DNA of 59,418 bases, taken from Pseudolabrys sp. (GTDB lineage: Bacteria; Pseudomonadota; Alphaproteobacteria; Rhizobiales; Xanthobacteraceae). Position 1 is the stretch's first letter. Each line of letters opens with the position of its first letter. Position numbers and translations under genes: made by a program. Below the pieces are notes generated by a model, which was given only the letters and a program-made list of their open reading frames with translations, was not told where the DNA came from and made no database searches. The stretch covers positions 1 through 59,418 of the forward strand of contig DASXOK010000028.1 of the NCBI GenBank assembly GCA_036494425.1, given 5' to 3'. Positions 1 to 8,193 of the stretch are shown here, piece by piece.

Positions 1-5
1 TGAAC

Positions 6-395
6 ATGCCAGTCGCAGCAGGACTTAAAGTGCTCGTTGTCGACGATCAGAACAGCGTGCGGCAGATGACGCGGATGACGCTCGAGCAGATCGGGGTCCG
101 TCATATCCACGAGGCCGAGAATGGCGTCCAGGCAATCGACACGGCGTCGGTGCAGCCGCTCGACCTGATCATCTCCGACTACAACATGCCGGAGATGGAC
201 GGGCTCGGGCTCCTGCGCGCCGTGCGCGGCCATCCGGCGGCGCGCCGCGTGCCGTTCATCCTGGTGACGGGCCGTGGCGACCGCGAGTTGGTGGTCAAGG
301 CCGCCCAGGCGGGGGCCAACAACTACGTCGTCAAGCCGTTCACGGCCGACATTCTGCGCACCAAAATCGAGCAGGTGGTGGGACGCCTTTCGTGA
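6..395 (+). CDS. cheY: CheY-like single-domain response regulator
   Basis: Complete receiver: VVDDQ acidic pocket, IISDYNMPEMDG phosphoacceptor, VTG, NNYVVKPF; chemotaxis-type neighbours. Confidence 0.88.
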   Translation: MPVAAGLKVLVVDDQNSVRQMTRMTLEQIGVRHIHEAENGVQAIDTASVQPLDLIISDYNMPEMDGLGLLRAVRGHPAARRVPFILVTGRGDRELVVKAAQAGANNYVVKPFTADILRTKIEQVVGRLS

Positions 396-808
396 CAGCA
401 GTAAAGGTCCAAGACGCGGACAAGACGTTGCCGCCGACCAACGACGAGATCAAGACCTTCGTCTCCGCCATCGCCGTCGTGCTGGGCGAGACAGTCGCCG
501 GCTTCGAGCAGACGGTGGCGCGGATAACCGATCTCACGGCAATTCGGCAGGGAAGCGCCGATCGCGATCTCGTGGTGGCGCTGCAGGACTTCGACCGGCT
601 GCAGCAGGAATTCGCCACTCTGAGCGAGATCCTTGCCAAGCTGTCAGCCTTGTCCGGCGCCGGCGCTTTGGTGAATGGTGCCGACCCGGCGCACCCGGTT
701 CTTGCGATGATTTCCATCGCCGCGCTGAAGGATCGGCTCGCGCGTCAGCTGCGCGACCTCACCGCCGACCTCTCCCGCTCGGATACCTCGGAAGAGGTGA
801 TTTTCTAG
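392..808 (+). CDS. Small chemotaxis protein, CheT/CheU-like (putative CheY-P phosphatase)
   Basis: GTGA overlap with cheY stop; helical protein with LQDFDRLQQ (DxxxQ) motif and acidic/hydrophobic C-terminus SEEVIF. Confidence 0.6.
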   Translation: MTAVKVQDADKTLPPTNDEIKTFVSAIAVVLGETVAGFEQTVARITDLTAIRQGSADRDLVVALQDFDRLQQEFATLSEILAKLSALSGAGALVNGADPAHPVLAMISIAALKDRLARQLRDLTADLSRSDTSEEVIF

Positions 809-835
809 CAATTCGCTGCTGTTGCGGCGCGTTTC

Positions 836-1339
836 TCAAGACTCGTGCGGCGACGTGCTCACGCGCTCGACCACCCGGCGCAACCCGCTGGTCAGTTCCG
901 GCACCTGGTCCGGTTTCATGTTGCAATAGGGTCGTTGCCGCGCGAGATACAGCGCGTCGAGGTGGCAGGTGATCGAGTCCATGTTGAGCTCCGCGCCGGC
1001 GGCGACGGCATCCAGAATCTCGCAGAGCGAATCGGCGACATATGTGAGCAGCTCGAAGCCCATGGTCGTGCCGACGTCGCGCATCTGACGGCTGTGGGTG
1101 CTGGCCAGATCGATCCAATCGTCCACGGGACGGCCCGGCCGCGCGGTCTTGATCACGTCGGAGAGCTTGTCGATCTCGCGGCCGACCCAGTCGTCGAAAC
1201 TGGGCTTGGCCTGCTCGATTTGAGCGGTCGCTTGCTCGATTGCCTGATCGCGGGGGATGCCGCCAGCCCGCCGCGCCAGCTTCTGGAAGCGCGTCTCGAC
1301 CGTGAATATCCGCGCTTCCGGCTTCTCGGTCTCCGCCAT
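836..1339 (-). CDS. CheE-like degenerate Hpt-domain protein
   Basis: ATG at 1339 overlaps upstream stop (TGATG); SRQMRDVGTTMGFELLTYVADSLCE resembles Hpt helix AHxxKGxxGxxGF/Y..ADSLC. Confidence 0.7.
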   Translation of the reverse strand: MAETEKPEARIFTVETRFQKLARRAGGIPRDQAIEQATAQIEQAKPSFDDWVGREIDKLSDVIKTARPGRPVDDWIDLASTHSRQMRDVGTTMGFELLTYVADSLCEILDAVAAGAELNMDSITCHLDALYLARQRPYCNMKPDQVPELTSGLRRVVERVSTSPHES

Positions 1340-1929
1340 CAGTCTTTTCCCATGCGCGCGGCGCTGAACAGGTTGTCGATGTCGTCCTGCGCCAGTGCTG
1401 GCCCTGACTCCTCGGCCACCTCTATAACATGGTCGCTCTTGCGGCGCCCGACGCCCTTCGGATAGCCCTCGATCTTGAACCTGCGGTCTGGGCCGAAATA
1501 GGTCGGCGTGTCCACGAACTGGCGCGGCGTCAGGGCGATCCAAGCCAGCCGGTCATACAGGCTCGCCGGCGACATCGGCTTGGCTAGGACCATGTTGGCA
1601 CCGGCGTCGCGGGACTGCTTGATCGTCCCTTCGCGCGTGTCGCTGGTCATGATCAGGATCGGCATCATGCGGTTTTCGTTGTCGACCTTGCGGCGGATCG
1701 CCCGCGTGAGCGACAGCCCGCCATGCGGCGGGAGACGCGCATCGCAGAGCAAAATGTCGATCTTCTGGGCGCTCAAGGTCTGAAGAACGTCGATCGAGTT
1801 CCTGACCTCGAGCACCTTGTTGGTACCGAACCCGCGCAGCATGCCATGCGCGATCATCGACAGGTACGAACTCGGATCGGCGATCAGAACCACCAAGTCA
1901 CGGAGGTTGATGGTGGGGCTTGTTGCCAT
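1339..1929 (-). CDS. Cle-like (CheY-like, c-di-GMP-binding) response regulator
   Basis: Receiver domain (ILLCD, IMTS, LAKP) followed by Arg-rich PRQFVDTPTYFGPDRRF..GRRKSD; GAGGA RBS before ATG 1929. Confidence 0.82.
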   Translation of the reverse strand: MATSPTINLRDLVVLIADPSSYLSMIAHGMLRGFGTNKVLEVRNSIDVLQTLSAQKIDILLCDARLPPHGGLSLTRAIRRKVDNENRMMPILIMTSDTREGTIKQSRDAGANMVLAKPMSPASLYDRLAWIALTPRQFVDTPTYFGPDRRFKIEGYPKGVGRRKSDHVIEVAEESGPALAQDDIDNLFSAARMGKD

Positions 1930-2376
1930 TCCGTATTCCTCAAGTCCGACATTGCAGACTGAAACAGCGCCGTCGCGGCGCGTATGCGGTCGGCGACCAC
2001 GCAATCGGCGCTCGCCCGCCTCCGCGGACTGGCGCAACGTCGTCTATGCCGTCAGGAAAGGTCACAAACGAGATGCCGGGGCCGATCCGCGCATATGCGC
2101 CAGGTCGTTCGAATCATGGAACGGTCATCTTGTCCTTACAATGCCCTCGCATAAATCAATTCATCCGATTCGCAATAGTGTGCCTAGATATTTTGCATTA
2201 ATCTAAAGCTAGAAGACGGCCTGACAATTGCCGCACAGAGTCCATTGTTCTCGCCTCACGACGCTTCGCAGTGCCTGAAGGGGCAGCTTCCGATGCGCGA
2301 ACGATCGCTCAATGGAATCCTAGGACCAGGTAGCGTGCTTCGGAACCGCAATCATAAGTGACTATATTACGTTTTT

Positions 2377-2391
2377 TTAATGTGAAATTAT
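2377..2391 (-). promoter_or_regulatory. Candidate CtrA binding site
   Basis: Minus strand reads ATAA-TTTCACA-TTAA, matching TAA-N7-TTAA, upstream of the cle/cheE genes. Confidence 0.4.
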
Positions 2392-2776
2392 CGGCGCAAG
2401 CTATGCCAACCGTCGCCAGATTGCTGACCTTTGTCATTATGGGCGTACGAGAGCAAAATATAATAAGTTCACTTTGCCGGCACAGGCGGTATTTTGATTG
2501 GATACTTTAGTGATTCGTATTTGCACCGTATTTGGCTGTTGATCGCTTGGGGGATGTTGCGGGTCCAACCATCTTGCTTCGCGTGAGTAGTGGCTGCCGA
2601 CATATTCGAGACGGCGAATACTAGTCTAGTACGTGTCGTATCCTGTTGCGTATGCATATGCGTCAGTTCGCGTAGGCACGGCGTGGTGCCAAATCGCCGC
2701 TGATACCCTGCTCCCCACATTGAACTTGTGTGCATGGGCAGGTTGCGACCAGGAATACGGAACGAGAAATACATTC

Positions 2777-3541
2777 ATGAATGCCCAGCTTGGTGTCAGC
2801 AAGGCTGAACAGAGCGCCACGCCAGTACAGCCCTCGAGCGCCCAGTGCCCTGCTTATGATCTGAATTTTGGCCAGGCCGGGACTGAGACGGCGTGGGCAT
2901 TCATGGATGCCGCGCCACACAAGCTTCATCGGACTGACCATACCGTTCCGGCCCGGCGGACGATCTGTCGCGAACAGGATCTGCACGACGCGGTCCCGGT
3001 CATCGTCACCGGCTGGGCTGCCTCGATCGTGATGCTATCTGATGGCAGCCGCCAAATTCTTTCGTTCCTGCTTCCGGGCGATATCGTATCCACGGCGCTG
3101 TTGTTCGAACCGCGCCCGCACTGCCTGGTCGAAGCGATCACGGAGGTGCGCTACGGCACGTTCCAGCGTTCGGAATTGAAGGACGTCATTTTCCGAACTC
3201 CCCAGTTGCTGGAGAAACTGTCGCGAGCCTGGATCGAAGAGAAGACACGTTCCGATGAGTTGATTGTCGATCTCGGACGCCGCACCGCGGACGAGCGCAT
3301 CGCGCGCCTGATCCTCAATCTGGTCGACCGGCTGGTGAAGCGCGACATGGCGCGCATCGATCCTCTGGAGGTCGATTTTCCCTTGCGCCAGCATCACATC
3401 GCAGACGCGACCGGCCTCACGCCGGTGCATGTGAGCAAGGTACTCTCCGAGTTTCGGCGTAACAGCCTTATCAGAATCAGCGAACGGTCCTTGGCGATCC
3501 TCGATCCGGCAGGCTTCCGGCACATTGCCAACACGCGTTGA
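2777..3541 (+). CDS. Crp/Fnr family transcriptional regulator
   Basis: cNMP-binding-like domain (DGSRQILSFLLPGD), RTADERIARL, HTH IADATGLTPVHVSKVL; start uncertain (2777 or 2903). Confidence 0.85.
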   Translation: MNAQLGVSKAEQSATPVQPSSAQCPAYDLNFGQAGTETAWAFMDAAPHKLHRTDHTVPARRTICREQDLHDAVPVIVTGWAASIVMLSDGSRQILSFLLPGDIVSTALLFEPRPHCLVEAITEVRYGTFQRSELKDVIFRTPQLLEKLSRAWIEEKTRSDELIVDLGRRTADERIARLILNLVDRLVKRDMARIDPLEVDFPLRQHHIADATGLTPVHVSKVLSEFRRNSLIRISERSLAILDPAGFRHIANTR

Positions 3542-4036
3542 TGTGTCGACGCCGCTGCGTGGAAGTTGTAGCTCGGCCGGCGCGGCAAGTTACTACCACT
3601 GGTCAACATAGTGAGTCCATCCGCACTTGCGCGGCCGAAAGCGGTATCAATCAGTATGGGTCTTGAGCTGTGCAAGTGAAAGCAGGGCATCCTGCGCCAA
3701 ATTCAAGTATTCAGAGCGCCAATAGAATATAGAATCTGATTATGGCGGTGCGCGTAACTGGTGTGCCGATGCTCAGAACACAAAATCACGCGGCCTATAC
3801 GATCTCGGGCGTGAAATTCTTGTAACGACGCGTGACGAATTACAGAACACGGTCTTCAATATCTTTCAAGCGATCAAACGCTGCTGCGCATCATAGCAAC
3901 AACGGATCATGATATGAATCGCACCAAATTTCACAGCCATGAATGTGTGATGAAGGTAAGCCCATCGGGCTTGTTGCAGGATTGATACACCGGCTATGAA
4001 TGCCCGGTCCAATTTGGCCGCGCACCCGGATTGAGC

Positions 4037-4912
4037 ATGTCCTTCAAAACGCTCCAGCTCGAAATAGACGCTGGCATTGCGATCATCACGTTCAATCGCC
4101 CAGATAAGGTGAACGCGATGAATCCTCAATTGCATGAGGACATGACCTCCGTTCTGGAGTTGCTCCGCTATGACGACGCGGCCCGCGTCATCGTCATCAC
4201 GGGTGCTGGAAGATCATTCTGCGCTGGAATGGACCTCAAAGAGGTCTTCTACGAGTTGAAGGATCGTCCGAACGACTACGACCGCATCATCCGCATCGCG
4301 ACGGAATGGCGTGGCCGAACCTTGCGGTACTATCCCAAGCCGACCATCGCCATGGTCAACGGTTATTGTTTCGGCGGCGCCTTCTCGATTCTCGAAGGTT
4401 GCGATCTTGCGACCGCGGCGGACGAGGCGTCGTTCGGTCTGTCGGAAATCAACTTCAAAGGATTTCCGGGCGGCAGCGTCAGCAAATCGTTGGCGAACTT
4501 GCTGCAACCGCGCGACGCGCTCCTTTATGCGATGACGGGACGCCGGTTCGGCGGTCAGATCGCGGCGCGGATCGGATTGGTCAATTTCTCCGTTCCATTG
4601 GCGAGACTGCGCGACGAAACGCTTGCCCTGGCGGGGGAGATCGCATTGAAGGATCCGCATGCCTTGCGCACGACCAAGGAGGCCTATCGCTACGCGCTGC
4701 AAATGAGCTGGGACGCTTCGGTCAGTTATACGTCGGCCAAGGAAGCGGAATTGCAATTCGCCCAGGAGGCCAGCTGGAAAGAAGCAGGCGTCGGCGATTT
4801 CCTGGCGGGACACTTCAAGCCAGGTTTGGAGGGCCACCACACCGTCGACACGAACAAGGCCAAGAAGGCGAAAAAGGCAAAGAAGAAGCTGCGCGATGTG
4901 GCGCGCGTCTAA
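4037..4912 (+). CDS. p-Hydroxycinnamoyl-CoA hydratase-lyase (HCHL/CouA/Ech-like crotonase)
   Basis: CAGMDLKE, EWRGRTLRYYPKPTIAMVNGYCFGGAF, FGLSEIN and C-terminal FKPGL are HCHL subfamily signatures. Confidence 0.85.
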   Translation: MSFKTLQLEIDAGIAIITFNRPDKVNAMNPQLHEDMTSVLELLRYDDAARVIVITGAGRSFCAGMDLKEVFYELKDRPNDYDRIIRIATEWRGRTLRYYPKPTIAMVNGYCFGGAFSILEGCDLATAADEASFGLSEINFKGFPGGSVSKSLANLLQPRDALLYAMTGRRFGGQIAARIGLVNFSVPLARLRDETLALAGEIALKDPHALRTTKEAYRYALQMSWDASVSYTSAKEAELQFAQEASWKEAGVGDFLAGHFKPGLEGHHTVDTNKAKKAKKAKKKLRDVARV

Positions 4913-6108
4913 ATGACCTGCTTCTTACGCAAGCCTTCGATCTCATCCGCCGAATAGCCCAGCCCCAACAGCACCTCGTCATTGTGCTCGCCATATCCCG
5001 GCGCGGCCTGGGTCAGCCGGCTTGGCGTGCGGCTGAGCGTGATGGGCTGTGCCAGCAGATCGATTTTACCGACAGCCTTTGACGAGACCTGCTGCGTCAC
5101 CCCCAAATGCTTGACCTGCGGGTCAGTGAACGTCTGGTCCATCGTGTAGATCTGCCCACAAGGGATGCCCGCCGCATTGAGCTTTTCGACAAGCTCGGCG
5201 GTCGAGGCGTTCCGTGTGATTCCCGTAATGAGGTCGTCGATCTCCGCGCGTCGCTCACGCCGCTTTTTGGGCGTGGCATAGTCTGGATGGTTGGTGAGAT
5301 CGTCGCGGCCGATCGCAGCGCAAAAGCGGCGCCACATCGGCGGCGTTGGCGAGATGTTGATATGGCCGTCGCGGGTCTTATAGGTGCCTGTCGGGACGCC
5401 GGTTGGGTGGCCGTTGCCGACTTGTTGCGGCACCTCGCCGTTCATCACATAGCGCGCGCCCTGGTAGTCGAGCATGAAGATTTGCGCCTGCAACAGCGAA
5501 GTTTGCACCCATTGGCCTTTGCCCGATGCGTGCCGCTCCTGAAGTGCGACCAGCGTGCCCAGCGCCGCGAACACACCGGCTGAAAGGTCGGCGATCGAAA
5601 TGCCGGTGCGCATTGGCCCGCGCCCCGGCTCGCCGGTGATCGACATCAAGCCGGAAAGCCCCTGTGCGATCTGATCGACCCCCGGCCTATCCTTGTAAGG
5701 GCCGTCCTGGCCGAAGCCGGATATGCTCGTGTAGACGAGCCGTGGATTGATGGCCGCCAGGCTCTCGTAGTCGATGCCGAGCCGGAACTTCACGTCCGGC
5801 CGGAAATTCTCGATCAGAATGTCTGCCCGTTTGACGAGCCGATGCAGCAGCGCGAGGCCTTCCGGGGACTTGAGGTTCAGCGTGATGGCGCGTTTGTTGC
5901 GGTGCAAATTCTGAAAATCCGGCTCGTGACGGGCCGAAAACTCGTTTTGCGCGCCGCCGGCGCTTTCGGGCACCTCACGCATCTCGACCTTGATCACGTC
6001 GGCGCCCCAGTCGGCGAACTGGCGCGCGCACGTCGGGCCGGCGCGCACGCGGGTCAGGTCAATGACTGTCAACCCGTTGAGCGCTGTCGAGGCCGGTGGG
6101 GCGGGCAT
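4909..6108 (-). CDS. Family III (CaiB/BaiF) CoA-transferase
   Basis: DLTRVRAGP, GADVIKVE, HRNKRAITLNLK, ENFRP, SISGFGQDGP, IADL, APGYGEH. Confidence 0.93.
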   Translation of the reverse strand: MPAPPASTALNGLTVIDLTRVRAGPTCARQFADWGADVIKVEMREVPESAGGAQNEFSARHEPDFQNLHRNKRAITLNLKSPEGLALLHRLVKRADILIENFRPDVKFRLGIDYESLAAINPRLVYTSISGFGQDGPYKDRPGVDQIAQGLSGLMSITGEPGRGPMRTGISIADLSAGVFAALGTLVALQERHASGKGQWVQTSLLQAQIFMLDYQGARYVMNGEVPQQVGNGHPTGVPTGTYKTRDGHINISPTPPMWRRFCAAIGRDDLTNHPDYATPKKRRERRAEIDDLITGITRNASTAELVEKLNAAGIPCGQIYTMDQTFTDPQVKHLGVTQQVSSKAVGKIDLLAQPITLSRTPSRLTQAAPGYGEHNDEVLLGLGYSADEIEGLRKKQVI

Positions 6109-6201
6109 GGTGTTTCCTTGGGGCGGCAGTGTGTGCGGGCGGTTGAATGGCGATCAATCGCGAAGTCATGATAACCTTTGGGCTTTATAAATGGGGCCGG
6201 C

Positions 6202-6867
6202 ATGGGGTGCGATATCGTCGTTGACACTGAAGACGGGCATCGCCTTGGCGCCTATCTGGCACAGCCGTCCGGACCCGTGCGTGGGGGGCTGGTCGTTATT
6301 CAGGAGGCCTTCGGCGTGAACGGCTACATCCGCTCCGTGGCCGATGGCTATGCCGCGCAAGGTTACCTCTCGATTGCGCCGTCTCTCTACGACCGGCAGA
6401 TGCCCGGCGCGCAATTTGGATACGCCACCGAAGACCTCGACCTTGCGCGCAAGCTGCGCGCCCGGCTGATTTGGAGCGATGTCCTCAAGGACGTCGACGC
6501 TGCAACAAACGAGGTCGCGCCGGCCGGCAAGGTGGGCATCGTCGGTTACTGCGTGGGCGGCTCCGTCGCCTGGCTCGCAGGCCACCATCTCAAGCTCGCG
6601 GCGACGGTATCATATTACGGTCGCGACATCGTGGGCTTTCTCGACCGTCCGCCGCGTTGCCCCGGCTTGCTGCATTTCGCTCAACGCGACGTGCATATTC
6701 CGCTCGACGACGTCGAAACCATCCGGAATGCGTTCCCGGAACTGCCGATTTACGTCTACCCGGGCGAACACGGCTTCGCCTGCGATGCGCGGCCTTGCTA
6801 CGAGCCCGAGTCCACACGGATTGCGGGATGCCGCACGCTGGCGCTATTTCGGAAATATATCGGCTGA
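6202..6867 (+). CDS. Dienelactone hydrolase family protein
   Basis: IQEAFGVN, VGYCVGG nucleophile Cys elbow, HGF catalytic His. Confidence 0.9.
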   Translation: MGCDIVVDTEDGHRLGAYLAQPSGPVRGGLVVIQEAFGVNGYIRSVADGYAAQGYLSIAPSLYDRQMPGAQFGYATEDLDLARKLRARLIWSDVLKDVDAATNEVAPAGKVGIVGYCVGGSVAWLAGHHLKLAATVSYYGRDIVGFLDRPPRCPGLLHFAQRDVHIPLDDVETIRNAFPELPIYVYPGEHGFACDARPCYEPESTRIAGCRTLALFRKYIG

Positions 6868-7030
6868 GCTAAGATCATATCCGTGAAAAGTCGGATCCGC
6901 TGAGTCGCACTGACAACAGCGGGACAAGCCCCAGACAAGGGGCGCGGGGGACTACGAGGTGAACAGGCACGCAGTCTTTGCACGCGGTGCCGCGGCTCGA
7001 ACATGCCAGCCTCAGGGGTAACGAAACGGT

Positions 7031-8182
7031 ATGGATCTGGAGCTCCCGTCCGACATCCAGATATTGCAGGACACAATTCGGAAGTTCGTCGATCGCGAGC
7101 TCATTCCGATCGAGATGCGGGCCCGCGCAGGCGGGGAACTCAAACCCGAGTTCCGCGCCCCGCTGGAAGCCAAGGCCAAGGACCTCGGCTTCTGGCTGCT
7201 AGACGCTCCCGTCGAAGCCGGCGGCCAGGGCCTGAGTCTGCTGGCGCTCGCGGTTGTCTGGCAGGAACTCGCCCGCACCATCGCCCTCCCGCCACGCGGA
7301 CCGGGCATCTTCGGACCGGATGTGCGTTCGATCCTGCTGTCGCTCAATCCCGAGCAGAAGAAGCGTTATCTCGAGCCCGTGCTGCGCGGCGAGAAGAAGA
7401 CCGCCTTCGCGCAGACCGAGCCGGACGCCGGTAGCGATCCCGGAGCCATGCGCACCACCGCCGTGCGTAACGGCGACCACTACGTCATCAACGGCAGCAA
7501 GCGCTACATTCTGCACGCGCGCAACGCCGACTTCATCCAGCTCGTCGCCGCCACCGATCGGGAGAAGGGCTCGCGTGGTGGTCTCTCCGTGTTCCTCGTC
7601 GACATGGACACGCCAGGCGTGGCCCTCACCGGCAAGACGAAGATGATGATGGGCGAGGTCCCCGACGAGCTCTCCTTCGACAACGTGAAGGTGCCGGTCG
7701 AGAATCGCGCCGGCGAGGAAGGCGACGGCATGAAGCTGGCGCAAGCCTGGATCGGCGCCAGCCGCGTCGCCCAGGCCGCGCGCGGGCTCGGCGTCGCCAG
7801 CCGCTGCCTCGAACTGATGACGAGCTACGCCAAGCAGCGCGTGACGTTCGGCCGCTCGCTCGCCACCCGCCAGGCCGTGCAGTTCATGGTGGCCGATCTC
7901 TACACGCAGCTTCACGCCGGGCGAGCGCTCACTTGGCGCACCGCGGCGCGCATCGACAGAGGCATCGCCACCCGGCAGGAGGCGATGATGATCAAGGTCT
8001 TCTGCACCGAGCTTGGCTTCCATGCCGCTGACCGCTGCATGCAGCTTTACGGCGGCATGGGCCTGTCGACCGAGATGCCGATCGAGCAGATGTGGCGCGA
8101 CGCGCGCAGCTTCATGATCACCGGCGGCCCGGTGGAGGTCATGCGCGCATCGCTCGCGCGCGCCATCTTCGAGCAGGCGTAG
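7031..8182 (+). CDS. Acyl-CoA dehydrogenase family flavoprotein (atypical active site)
   Basis: FAQTEPDAGSD, INGSKRYI, RVTFGRSL..RQAVQF, QLYGGMG, WRDAR. Confidence 0.92.
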   Translation: MDLELPSDIQILQDTIRKFVDRELIPIEMRARAGGELKPEFRAPLEAKAKDLGFWLLDAPVEAGGQGLSLLALAVVWQELARTIALPPRGPGIFGPDVRSILLSLNPEQKKRYLEPVLRGEKKTAFAQTEPDAGSDPGAMRTTAVRNGDHYVINGSKRYILHARNADFIQLVAATDREKGSRGGLSVFLVDMDTPGVALTGKTKMMMGEVPDELSFDNVKVPVENRAGEEGDGMKLAQAWIGASRVAQAARGLGVASRCLELMTSYAKQRVTFGRSLATRQAVQFMVADLYTQLHAGRALTWRTAARIDRGIATRQEAMMIKVFCTELGFHAADRCMQLYGGMGLSTEMPIEQMWRDARSFMITGGPVEVMRASLARAIFEQA

Positions 8183-8193
8183 GCGGGGGCGCC

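Noticed and set aside
2393-2409. GG-N10-GC sigma54-like promoter on both strands
   Set aside because: Neither orientation has both TGGCAC and TTGC; likely a by-product of a quasi-palindrome
1920-2820. Small ORFs in the cle-crp gap (1920-2201, 2469-2774, 2626-2820)
   Set aside because: No RBS, motif or coding-like codon bias
2777-3541. FixK/FnrN assignment
   Set aside because: Lacks the ExxSR recognition helix and Fe-S Cys cluster; no perfect TTGAT-N4-ATCAA box seen nearby
7031-8182. Simple HcaD-like dihydro-hydroxycinnamoyl-CoA dehydrogenase feeding HCHL
   Set aside because: Attractive from context, but no catalytic Glu is visible at either canonical position, so it is not asserted
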